A DNA stretch of 64,000 bases from Candidatus Helarchaeota archaeon (GTDB lineage: Archaea > Asgardarchaeota > Lokiarchaeia > Helarchaeales > RDOG01), in NCBI GenBank assembly GCA_019058315.1, contig JAHPZH010000002.1, forward strand, positions 1,197,910 to 1,261,909, written 5' to 3'. How positions within the stretch are numbered: position 1 is the first letter of the stretch; each line of letters starts with the position of its first letter. A program made the position numbers and the translations under genes. The notes below the pieces were generated by a model. It saw nothing but the letters and a program-made list of their open reading frames with translations, did no database searches and was not told where the DNA came from. Below, piece by piece: positions 49,244-58,797 of the stretch.

Positions 49244-50935
49244 ATGAAAAAAATTGATAAAATTTCTAATATTAATGAAAAAAAAGCTATTTTACATATT
49301 AAGAAAGAATATTATTTAGATGAAACAGATTTTGAAATTGATAAAGAGGGACGAGTAGTTAAACTTCGATTACTAGAAAAATGGTTTGAAATTGCACCTG
49401 AAATTATAGGAAAACTCACTCATTTAGAAGAATTAGACCTTCAAAATAATGATTATTTTTATCCCCCAGAAGATGTTGATTCAAAAATTGGAAATTTAGA
49501 AAATCTTACCAAATTAAAAAAATTAAACCTCCATTTTAATTATCTTAAAAAAATTGAAGGTTTAGCGAATCTCTCTAATTTAAGAGAATTAGATCTTCAT
49601 ATGAATAAAATTGTAAAAATAGAGAACTTAGAAAATCTTCATAATTTAAATCACTTATACCTCTCACATAATCATATTGAAAAAATAGAGGGTTTAGAAA
49701 ATCTCACTCAATTGAAAACTTTAGATTTCGCATATAATCCAATTAAAAAAATAGAAGGATTAGAGAATCTAACTCAACTACAAACTTTAGATTTTATGCA
49801 TAATAAGATAACAAAGATCGAAGGTTTGGAAAATCTCCATAAATTGGAAGATTTAAATTTGTTTGGGAGTGTTATAAAAAAGATAGAAGGCTTAGAGCAC
49901 CTTACTCAATTAAAAAAATTAGATTTATACGGAAAAGAGATTAAAAAGATAGAAGGGTTTGAATGTCTTATTAATTTAGAAACGTTGTATTTATATGGAA
50001 ATCAAATTGAAAAAATTGAGGGGCTTGAGACTCTTTCTAAATTACAGCATCTATCTTTTAATAAAAATAAGATAAAAAAGATTGAAGGTTTAGATAATTT
50101 ATTGGAATTAGAAGGAATAAATATTTCTGAAAATGAAATTATAAAGATCGAGGGATTAGATAATCTCATTAAATTACAAAAATTAGATCTTGCCAGTAAT
50201 AAGATAAAAGAAATTAATGGTTTAAATAAATTAAATCAAGTGGAAGAAATAGACCTTTCCAATAATCAAATCGAAAAAATAATTGGGCCATTAAACCTTT
50301 CTAATTTAAAAATACTAAAAATTAAAAATAATAAGATCAAGCAAATAGAAGGGTTAGAAGAACTAACACAATTAGAGGAATTAGATTTATGTGAAAACAA
50401 AATAACGAATATTATGGGGCTAGACAGACTCGTTCAATTGAAATATTTGAATCTGGATAACAATCTAATCTATATGCTTGAAGGGTTAGATAATCTATCA
50501 AATTTAGAAAGTTTACATATTTCAGACAATAAAATAACAAAGATAGAAGGTTTAGAAAAGCTTAACCAATTAAAAAAATTAATATTAAGCTCTAATCTCA
50601 TTTCTAAAATCGAAGGTTTAGAGAATCTTCCTCAATTAGAAACTTTAACTCTACATTTTAATCAAATTAGAAAGTTGGAAGGATTAGATAATCTTATCCA
50701 TTTAACAGATCTTACCCTTGATTACAATCCTTTGGATGCAGAAGACCAAAAAATAATTAAAGAAGATATAAAAAAAATAATTTCTCATTATAAAAAGAGA
50801 GAAATAAAAGGGCTTGTTAAGCAATTGGAATTATTAAAGGCACAGTCTGAAATAGACGGACTGAATTTAGAAGATTATATTATTTTAAAAAGGAAAATAG
50901 AAAAAATTAGTAAAAAAATAAAAGATTTTAAATAA
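49244..50935 (+). CDS. SDS22-like leucine-rich-repeat protein with C-terminal helical domain
   Basis: About 20 repeats of the 22-aa unit LENLTQLKTLDL..N.IKKIEG. Confidence 0.93.
   Translation: MKKIDKISNINEKKAILHIKKEYYLDETDFEIDKEGRVVKLRLLEKWFEIAPEIIGKLTHLEELDLQNNDYFYPPEDVDSKIGNLENLTKLKKLNLHFNYLKKIEGLANLSNLRELDLHMNKIVKIENLENLHNLNHLYLSHNHIEKIEGLENLTQLKTLDFAYNPIKKIEGLENLTQLQTLDFMHNKITKIEGLENLHKLEDLNLFGSVIKKIEGLEHLTQLKKLDLYGKEIKKIEGFECLINLETLYLYGNQIEKIEGLETLSKLQHLSFNKNKIKKIEGLDNLLELEGINISENEIIKIEGLDNLIKLQKLDLASNKIKEINGLNKLNQVEEIDLSNNQIEKIIGPLNLSNLKILKIKNNKIKQIEGLEELTQLEELDLCENKITNIMGLDRLVQLKYLNLDNNLIYMLEGLDNLSNLESLHISDNKITKIEGLEKLNQLKKLILSSNLISKIEGLENLPQLETLTLHFNQIRKLEGLDNLIHLTDLTLDYNPLDAEDQKIIKEDIKKIISHYKKREIKGLVKQLELLKAQSEIDGLNLEDYIILKRKIEKISKKIKDFK
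49480..50735 (+). repeat. 66-bp coding tandem repeat (LRR units)
   Basis: Recurring AAAAT(A/T/C)GA(A/G)GG(T/G/A)TTAGA(A/T/G)AATCT units at about 66-bp spacing. Confidence 0.8.
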
Positions 50936-51031
50936 TTGGTTTTTATATTTTATCAATTTGACTTTTTTTTAATTAAAACTAATGACTTAAATATGCTATT
51001 TGTTACTGTGTAGTACCTATGTCTAGCTGGA

Positions 51032-52738
51032 GTGCATGTGATGAAAGAAAAAGAAAAGACAAAAACTACCGATCTTGAAACTTTTAAAAAATTACCAAAG
51101 GATCAACGCAAGAAAATTCGAGAAAAAAGAAGAATCGAAGCTGGTTTGCCTACAAAAATGACTATATACCTCTGGTTTGTTCTCTTCTTTGCAAGTGTCG
51201 TTACATTTTTCGATGGATGGTGTACTCTCGCAATTACGCTGGCTATGGGAAGTTTTGCTGGAGGAGTAGATTTATTGGAACAATTACTTAATCCTGATCT
51301 TTTTACATATTTTGGATTAACATCTAGTCCGGTTATGATGGGAATTATTCTTTCTATAGCAGGAATTGGAGTCGTAGTTGCCGTTTCTTTTAAATATTTT
51401 GTTGATAAATATGGTCGTCGTCCATTAACTCTTATAACTGCAGTTCCGTTTATTACATTCTCAGTTTTAACTGCATTTGTTCCTCCTAGTAGAGAAGGGT
51501 TAATTTTATTTCTTATTTTAAGGATTTGTGCTAACTACTTTCTTTCAGCTGATGTGGTAACTATTATAATAGCGGAAGAATCTCCTAATCATTTGAGAGG
51601 TAGATTGGTTTCAATGGTTCTTGCAATGAATGCAGTTGGGGGGTTTGCTTGTGGAATGATTCAAGCGACGGGAATTAAAATTCCATTCTCTGGTGCTTGG
51701 GGACCAAGTTTAAGTACCTGGCAAAGTTTATTTTTCTTGACGAGTATTGGATATTTATTTATTATTCCACTATTTATCTTCTTAAAAGAAACTAAACGAT
51801 TTGTACAAATGAAAAAATATGAAGAATGGCGAGCAAAAAAAGGATTAAAAGCTAAATCTGGATGGTTTGCACCTTTACAAAAAAAATATGCACGGGGGAT
51901 GGCAACAGGAATGATCGTTGGATTTTTAGCACAATTAATATATTTTGCTCAAGTAACCTTCTTCGCACTCTATTTTGCTAAAGAACAGAATTTAACTCCA
52001 AAGGTGGTAGGAATTGTATCATTACCACTAATGCTTGCAGCAGGAGTAGGTTATTTTGTAGCTGGACCTATATTAGACCGATGGGGAAGACTTCCCACTA
52101 TATATAGATTTGGTTGCACAACTTTAGTAGGAGGTATGGTCTTTTCATGGCCTACAGTCTTTATTGTTGGTGACATTGCCAATCCGTTACTTATGGGCAT
52201 TGTTTTAGCTGGAGGTATGATGGGTATATTCTCTCTAACAATATTAGCTGCTGCAGGAACTATTCTTCCCATGGAAATGTTACCAACTCATATTCGAAGC
52301 ACTGCTATGGGTTGGATCGGTGCTATTTCAAGAGGTGCAACTATTGTGGCTCCTTTCTTAATGATGTATGGGGCGGAAGCATTGGGTGGATTAGGACTTA
52401 CTTATCAAGCTATGTTCGCACTCATGGGAATGCCATTGACAACAATACTGTTTACTGCCTTCCTATTAGCACCTGAAAGTAAGGGAAGAGATTTGGAGGA
52501 AATCGTAGCTACTGAAACTTACTCTAAAATGAAGAAAATATCTGAAAAAGAATACAGAAGACCTTATTACTACTTTGCAATAGCCATCTCTTCATTTTAT
52601 ATTACAGGATTAATTTACGGTAATACCTCTGATGCAAATTTCTTAAATGTATTCATTATCGCGACCTTCTACACGGCGTTATGCTTGGTTTGTTTCATAT
52701 TAGTTATTCTGGTCCGTAGAATAATTACAGAGAAGTAA
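51032..52738 (+). CDS. MFS transporter (paralog 2)
   Basis: Same motifs as the 43741 gene, with long identical peptides. Confidence 0.92.
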   Translation: MHVMKEKEKTKTTDLETFKKLPKDQRKKIREKRRIEAGLPTKMTIYLWFVLFFASVVTFFDGWCTLAITLAMGSFAGGVDLLEQLLNPDLFTYFGLTSSPVMMGIILSIAGIGVVVAVSFKYFVDKYGRRPLTLITAVPFITFSVLTAFVPPSREGLILFLILRICANYFLSADVVTIIIAEESPNHLRGRLVSMVLAMNAVGGFACGMIQATGIKIPFSGAWGPSLSTWQSLFFLTSIGYLFIIPLFIFLKETKRFVQMKKYEEWRAKKGLKAKSGWFAPLQKKYARGMATGMIVGFLAQLIYFAQVTFFALYFAKEQNLTPKVVGIVSLPLMLAAGVGYFVAGPILDRWGRLPTIYRFGCTTLVGGMVFSWPTVFIVGDIANPLLMGIVLAGGMMGIFSLTILAAAGTILPMEMLPTHIRSTAMGWIGAISRGATIVAPFLMMYGAEALGGLGLTYQAMFALMGMPLTTILFTAFLLAPESKGRDLEEIVATETYSKMKKISEKEYRRPYYYFAIAISSFYITGLIYGNTSDANFLNVFIIATFYTALCLVCFILVILVRRIITEK

Positions 52739-52844
52739 AATATGATTTTTTTAATAAATTTCTTTTTTTCTTTTAAATTATTTAATAAAAACAAGTAAGT
52801 AGGGACTATTTTTAAAATTTTTAGAATTAATATACTATAAAATA

Positions 52845-53321
52845 ATGAATAGCCTGATATTTAAAATGGAACATAAAAATAAACCTGAAAAAGAGCTATA
52901 TATAGAATTGGAAGAAAAAATAAAGAATATAAAAAGAGATAAAAGAGAATTAGCAATACAAATAAAAAATATGGAAACCTATTTAATAACATTATTTAAA
53001 AAATATGAATTAATCGAGGAGAAAATAGCAGCACGTAAATTAAAACTCGATGTAAAGGTCTTATCAAATTTAGAAGAAAAAACAGTGGATTTAGAGAAAG
53101 CAATTGAATTAACTAAAGAACAATATGAACAAACAAATCAAATTATAAATGAGTGTCAAAAAAAGTTAGAAGAAGCACGGGATGAAGGATTACAAGACCT
53201 TATTAAAAGAATTCAATTTCTTCAAGACAAAACTAAAATAAATGGACTTAAATTATCAGATCTAGAGGTTTTAAATAAAGAAATAGATGAAATTTATAAA
53301 AGAATAGAGAAAATTAAATAA
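52845..53321 (+). CDS. Coiled-coil protein with a C-terminal domain shared with the LRR protein
   Basis: Heptad-rich K/E sequence; the last 45 aa align without gaps to the LRR protein C-terminus. Confidence 0.75.
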   Translation: MNSLIFKMEHKNKPEKELYIELEEKIKNIKRDKRELAIQIKNMETYLITLFKKYELIEEKIAARKLKLDVKVLSNLEEKTVDLEKAIELTKEQYEQTNQIINECQKKLEEARDEGLQDLIKRIQFLQDKTKINGLKLSDLEVLNKEIDEIYKRIEKIK

Positions 53322-53333
53322 TTAATTCAAAAA

Positions 53334-56153
53334 TTGTTGATGTTTAAAATGAAATCCGATAATATAGTGATTGTACCGACCACCCACTGGGATAGAGAAT
53401 GGTATATTCCATTTAATGAGTTTAGGGCATATTTAGTGCTAATGATTGATAAGTTAATTGATATTCTTAATAACGATCCAAAGTTTAATAATTTTACATT
53501 AGATGGTCAGACAATTCCTTTAGAAGATTATTTAGAAGTAAGACCTGAAAAAGAAGACTTGATTAAGAAATTTGTTAAGGAAAGTCGACTTTCCATTGGT
53601 CCAATGTATATTTTGCCTGATGAATTTTTAATTAGTGGAGAATCTTTTATTAAAAATTTATTATTGGGGCATAAAATCTCCAGAAAATTCGGAAGAGTAA
53701 TGAAGGCAGGATATATTCCGGATCCATTTGGTCACATCGCCCAATTACCTCAAATATTAAGTGGCTTTGAAATACCTTCTGCATTATTCGCAAGGGGATT
53801 TGGAAATGAATTTAAAGAGAATAATTTAGATATGGAATTTATTTGGAATTCACCCGGAAACGCCGCATCGGTTATTGGAGTCCATTTAATAGGTGGCTAT
53901 TTTTCAGCAGCAGCTCTAAGTACGAAGATAAAGGAAGGTAAATATAAAAAAGCAATTGGTCAAATTAGAAGAGCTGTTAAACGATTTGAAGGATACACCT
54001 CAACGAGCATGGCTTTACTTAATAATGGATCAGATCATCTTTTTGCGCAACCGCATGTTCCAGAAATTGTAAAGCAATGGAACGAAGAATATCCTGAAAA
54101 ATTATTAGAAATAAATGATTTTGAATATTACATTAAAAAAGTATCAGAAAAAAATCCAAGATTAAAAATATTTCAAGGTGAATTACGGGGAGGAAAATAT
54201 ATGCCCCTTCTTTCTGGAGTTTTTTCGGCTAGAATGTGGATAAAACAGCAAAACACAGAAATAGAGTATTTGTATGAAAAATATACTGAACCTATATCTG
54301 CAATAACGTGGGCTCTTGATAAATACAATAGATTCAACTATCCAAAGGATTATATCTGGACAGGCTTGAAATGGTTATTAAAAAATCATCCTCATGATTC
54401 AATTTGTGGTTGTTCAATTGATGAAGTACATGATGAAATGAGAACAAGATTTCAGTGGTCAAAGCAAATAGGGAATGAAATTCTTAAAAATTCATTTATT
54501 TACCTTTCAGATTTAATAAAATTAGATACTTCAGATAAAAATAAGCATGCTGTTATAATTTACAACCCTCTTCCATGGAAGCGAAAAGATATTGCTTCAT
54601 TTGATTTAATTGTACGAAATCTAAAAGCTGGGAAGCATGATAATAAACCTATTAATAATATTAATTTAATTGATTCGGATGGAAATGAAATTGAATATCA
54701 ACAAGTCAGAATTAAAGAGCAACCAAGATATTTGGAGGAACAAAATTCAACAAATAGAATTAGTTTCATCGCAGATGTTCCAGCATTAGGTTATAAGGTA
54801 TTTTATATTGCACCTATAGAAACTGTGAAAGAATTCTCTACAGAAAATAACGACTTCAAATTAACAGAGAATTCACTAGAAAACGAATTTTACAAAATAG
54901 ATATTAAATTAAATGGACAAATTAACATTTTTGATAAAATAGATGGCATTTTATACGAAAATATTTGCCAATTCGAGGATGTTGGAGATTGGGGCGATGA
55001 ATACGATTATTCAGGACCCCATGGAGAGAGAAAAGATACCATATTTTCTACTAAAGATGCTATACACGTTAAGATAAAACCCTTTATAGACGGTCCTTCA
55101 GAAAAAGTAATCAAAATTGATCTAACACTATATTTACCCTCCTATTTATCTCCTGATCGTCTAACACGTGAAAAAAATCTTGTTAGAAATGATGCAAGTC
55201 TTTATATCTTTTTATATAAGGGGATAAACCGAATAGATTTCAAATTTGAAATTGAAAATGCTAGTAAAGACCATCGACTACGTATTTTATTTCCTTCTAA
55301 AATTAAATCAGAGAAAGTATATACAGATGGGCACTTTTATATCGTTCCTAGAGATGTAAATTTACCGAACGATGAAAATTGGGCGCAAAAAGCGTTACCT
55401 ACAAACCATCAAAAAGATTTTGTATGTGTTTTTGATAAAAACAAATGTTTCGCAGTTTTAAACAAAGGGTTACCCGAATACGAAGCAATAAAAGAAATTG
55501 ATGGCACAATAACTTTGGCTATAACGTTATTAAGGTGCATTGGGTGGCTTTCACGTGGTGATTTCGCAACAAGAGGAACTATTGCAGGTCCCGATCTAAA
55601 TACTCCTGAGGCTCAATGTCTGGGAAAGCATTCATTTGAATTTTCATTAACTATACAACATAAGAAAGGAGATTATCTGGATTCAGAAATTCATGTATTA
55701 GGAAAAGAATTTAACAATCCTCTAATGTCCATTATACCCGAGACCGTAAAAACCCCTATAAGGGCATTAAATAAGATTGTTCTAAGCCCAATAGCTGTAT
55801 TAGCAGTATTTAGAACTCCTCTTCGTAAAGAAATTGAAGAATTTTTACCGCCAACCTTAAGCTTTTTAGAAATTGATAATAAAAAAATCTTATTAAGCGC
55901 TTTAAAACAATCAGAAGCTGGAGATACATTAATTATTAGATTGTATAATTTATCTCCGAAGAAAGAATCATGTAATCTCAAATTTTTTGAAGGTATTTCA
56001 ATTAAAAATGTAGAAATTACCAATTTTCTAGAGGAAAAGCCAAAAAATGAAATAAAGGCAGATATTAAATTAATTAATAAGAATAATATAGATTTATCTT
56101 TAGAACCGTATGTTATAGTTACCATTAAAGTTAAAATCTTAAATAAAAATTAG
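53334..56153 (+). CDS. Alpha-mannosidase GH38 (MngB-like)
   Basis: THWDREW, LDGQT, PDEFLISGES, PDPFGH, NGSDH, HPHDSICGCSID, TLLRCIGWLS. Confidence 0.95.
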   Translation: MLMFKMKSDNIVIVPTTHWDREWYIPFNEFRAYLVLMIDKLIDILNNDPKFNNFTLDGQTIPLEDYLEVRPEKEDLIKKFVKESRLSIGPMYILPDEFLISGESFIKNLLLGHKISRKFGRVMKAGYIPDPFGHIAQLPQILSGFEIPSALFARGFGNEFKENNLDMEFIWNSPGNAASVIGVHLIGGYFSAAALSTKIKEGKYKKAIGQIRRAVKRFEGYTSTSMALLNNGSDHLFAQPHVPEIVKQWNEEYPEKLLEINDFEYYIKKVSEKNPRLKIFQGELRGGKYMPLLSGVFSARMWIKQQNTEIEYLYEKYTEPISAITWALDKYNRFNYPKDYIWTGLKWLLKNHPHDSICGCSIDEVHDEMRTRFQWSKQIGNEILKNSFIYLSDLIKLDTSDKNKHAVIIYNPLPWKRKDIASFDLIVRNLKAGKHDNKPINNINLIDSDGNEIEYQQVRIKEQPRYLEEQNSTNRISFIADVPALGYKVFYIAPIETVKEFSTENNDFKLTENSLENEFYKIDIKLNGQINIFDKIDGILYENICQFEDVGDWGDEYDYSGPHGERKDTIFSTKDAIHVKIKPFIDGPSEKVIKIDLTLYLPSYLSPDRLTREKNLVRNDASLYIFLYKGINRIDFKFEIENASKDHRLRILFPSKIKSEKVYTDGHFYIVPRDVNLPNDENWAQKALPTNHQKDFVCVFDKNKCFAVLNKGLPEYEAIKEIDGTITLAITLLRCIGWLSRGDFATRGTIAGPDLNTPEAQCLGKHSFEFSLTIQHKKGDYLDSEIHVLGKEFNNPLMSIIPETVKTPIRALNKIVLSPIAVLAVFRTPLRKEIEEFLPPTLSFLEIDNKKILLSALKQSEAGDTLIIRLYNLSPKKESCNLKFFEGISIKNVEITNFLEEKPKNEIKADIKLINKNNIDLSLEPYVIVTIKVKILNKN

Positions 56154-56360
56154 AAAAACCTCAATTTTTTTTCTTTTTTCTTTTTTTTGAAATCAATATT
56201 TTTTTAATTTTTTTATTGAAAGATCCGCAATCAACATCACACTTTTTTGAGAAAATCGAAAAACTTTTTAAAGGGATCACACAAGATTCTTATACTATCA
56301 TAAAACATTTGAAAAAATAAAAAAAATCAAAATATTAAAAAAAAATAGGAGTATAGAGAT

Positions 56361-56573
56361 TTGGGTCAAACCCGTGTAAAAGAAAATGGGGTATACAAAA
56401 TGAAAGTGATCAATGGAGGAGATGGGGTATTAACGGAGAAAGTTGGGCTAACAAACGAAATCTGCGAGAATCATGATATAATTACTTACCGAGGAATACG
56501 CGTATGCCAAAATTGTAAAACAGTTTTCGGCCCTTCCTTCAATTTAAATTCGTATAAAAAAGATTGCCAATAA
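56361..56573 (+). CDS. Small TFIIB-type zinc-ribbon protein
   Basis: CENHDIITYRGIRVCQNCKTVFG; GGAG RBS; BRE/TATA-like CGAAAAACTTTTTA upstream. Confidence 0.6.
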   Translation: MGQTRVKENGVYKMKVINGGDGVLTEKVGLTNEICENHDIITYRGIRVCQNCKTVFGPSFNLNSYKKDCQ

Positions 56574-56601
56574 AAGTAGTAAAATTTTTATTTTTCTTTT
56601 T

Positions 56602-58119
56602 TTAAACTATTTTCTTCTCGAGCTTATACTTATTTATTAGGAATTCAGCACATTTAAAACCACTATCTGCAGCTATTTGTGTCCCTATTCCATGAGTATC
56701 AGTTCCAGCACTATCACCGACTACAAATAGATTATCGATAGGTAACTGAGAGCTTATACGATATTTACCAGATTGGTCCTGTGTCAATGCAGTTCCTTCA
56801 ACAGAACAGTTACCTGTAAATATCGAAAAATTTGTTGTAACTTCAATTTTACCCGTTGTTGGAGACGGAGTAGAAACATCCATAAAAATCTTATGATCAT
56901 CAATTTCGGGGTGAAATTCTAAAATACTTTCATAATATTTCTTTATCCAAGGATCCCAATTTTGTTTTTCTCGAGTAGGTGGTCCAATGCTTCCACATAT
57001 AAGTAATTGCTTTCCTGGTGGTGCTAAATTCGAATCTATATTACTAGGTATGGGAACCATAAAAGCCGGTTTATCTGGAATTTCTCCTCTTTCCACTGCA
57101 TCGTATGCTTCATCTATAGATTTTAGTTGGGATGTGAAATCGTCTACATTGAATAAATGTACAGATGAAAAATTTGGAATAATTATTTTATCCAAAGCGA
57201 TTTTCAACACGATTGAGCTCCAAGATTCTTTCAAATTATTCACTTTATTTAAATAACTATTCTCAAAATATTTTGGTCCTACTAAAGTTTGAATTGTTTG
57301 TTTGATGTTTAAATTGCTAATTATAATTCTAGAATCTATCCTTGTTCCATCCTCCAGTTCAACCCCTGTCGCTCTATCATTTTCAATCACAATTTGTTTA
57401 ACTTTAGTATTTGTAAGCACGGTTCCACCGAATTTTTTAATACCTTCAACAAATGCACTGGGAATAGCGATACATCCACCAATGGGATATGAAGTATCAT
57501 TTTTAATCATCATTTCTTGATATGAACGTAGAAATTCACCAGCACTTGTGAGACGTGGGGGAATTACAAACATTAAACCATCAAACCAACTAAGAAAAGA
57601 TTTTATTCTATCCGATTCTGTCAAACTGTCAAGAAATGTATATAAACTAACTTTCTCATCTAGCATTTGGCGTATTTTTCTTTTAGAAATTCCTAACAAC
57701 TTAAATGATACTTTTAACATTTCTTCCTGCTCTTCAGAAGTAAATCCAAGCAGTTTTAAGTTTTCTTGGGCCTCTTCTGGTGAACGTTCCTCATTCTCAG
57801 AAACGCCCATTTTTATATAATCTGTATTTATTAATCGAATCGCAGAATTCGTAGCAATTCCAGTTGAGAACTTTAAATTCTGTAAACCACATCTTTTTAA
57901 TACTTTCCCAAAAATTCCCTTAAGTCCTACTGGAATTATATGACATGCTTGATCAATAATAAAACCTTCTTTATAATAAGAACTACATGCTCCTCCAACT
58001 TGGGCATTTTTTTCTAATATAAGTGTTTTGAAACCTGCTTGAGATAACAATGCTGCACAAATTGTTCCACCTATACCTGCTCCGATTACTATCACATCGA
58101 ACGATTCATCTTTAAACAT
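56602..58119 (-). CDS. Phytoene desaturase-like FAD-dependent oxidoreductase
   Basis: VIGAGIGG, LEKNAQVGGACSSY, YPIGG, LAPPGKQ, NLFVVGDS. Confidence 0.88.
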   Translation of the reverse strand: MFKDESFDVIVIGAGIGGTICAALLSQAGFKTLILEKNAQVGGACSSYYKEGFIIDQACHIIPVGLKGIFGKVLKRCGLQNLKFSTGIATNSAIRLINTDYIKMGVSENEERSPEEAQENLKLLGFTSEEQEEMLKVSFKLLGISKRKIRQMLDEKVSLYTFLDSLTESDRIKSFLSWFDGLMFVIPPRLTSAGEFLRSYQEMMIKNDTSYPIGGCIAIPSAFVEGIKKFGGTVLTNTKVKQIVIENDRATGVELEDGTRIDSRIIISNLNIKQTIQTLVGPKYFENSYLNKVNNLKESWSSIVLKIALDKIIIPNFSSVHLFNVDDFTSQLKSIDEAYDAVERGEIPDKPAFMVPIPSNIDSNLAPPGKQLLICGSIGPPTREKQNWDPWIKKYYESILEFHPEIDDHKIFMDVSTPSPTTGKIEVTTNFSIFTGNCSVEGTALTQDQSGKYRISSQLPIDNLFVVGDSAGTDTHGIGTQIAADSGFKCAEFLINKYKLEKKIV

Positions 58120-58130
58120 TAATTTCTCCT

Positions 58131-58628
58131 CTATAATTTTAGTTCTAACCTCATACTAACCATATCCCATATACCTTTATCAGCTTTTTCTAAAATTAAA
58201 CGTTCTTTAAACCCAATTTTTTTATAAAATGCAATTGTTCTGCCATAATTTTCATCAGCATGATGAGGAGCAACTGTTTCAACATCAATATATTTGCATT
58301 TTTTTTCTTTAGCATATAAAATAAGTTTTTCAACAAGTTTTTTGCCAATTCCTTTTCTATGGTATTTCTCAAGAACACCAATCCAACTTAATTCAAGCCC
58401 CTCTTCTTTTATTTTATAGGTAATAAACCCAACAACATTATCATTAACAATTGCAACGTATCCTCTTTGGTTAGGGAACTCCTTTTCCATTGTTTCAATT
58501 GCTTCTGGATCAAACCATTTCGATTCTTCTTTTTTATGCACTAGAGTTTCTGCGACTTTCAATGCTTGCTTTAAATTAATTTGGTCCATATTTTTGATTA
58601 TAATTTTATCCATTATCGTAACTTCCAT
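58131..58628 (-). CDS. GNAT acetyltransferase
   Basis: WIGVLEKYHRKGIGKKL, AFYKKIGF. Confidence 0.92.
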   Translation of the reverse strand: MEVTIMDKIIIKNMDQINLKQALKVAETLVHKKEESKWFDPEAIETMEKEFPNQRGYVAIVNDNVVGFITYKIKEEGLELSWIGVLEKYHRKGIGKKLVEKLILYAKEKKCKYIDVETVAPHHADENYGRTIAFYKKIGFKERLILEKADKGIWDMVSMRLELKL

Positions 58629-58797
58629 GAAAAAATGATAAAAAGATTTTCAGGCTTTCAGACGCTTAAACCAATCGGAGAAAAATGCTAAAAGTAATAT
58701 ATTGAGTATTATTTAAAAAAATTATAAATTTAATTGAAGGGCAAAAAAATAAGCCTAACTTAAATGAATTACTACCTATAAGAAGAGGTATTATTAA

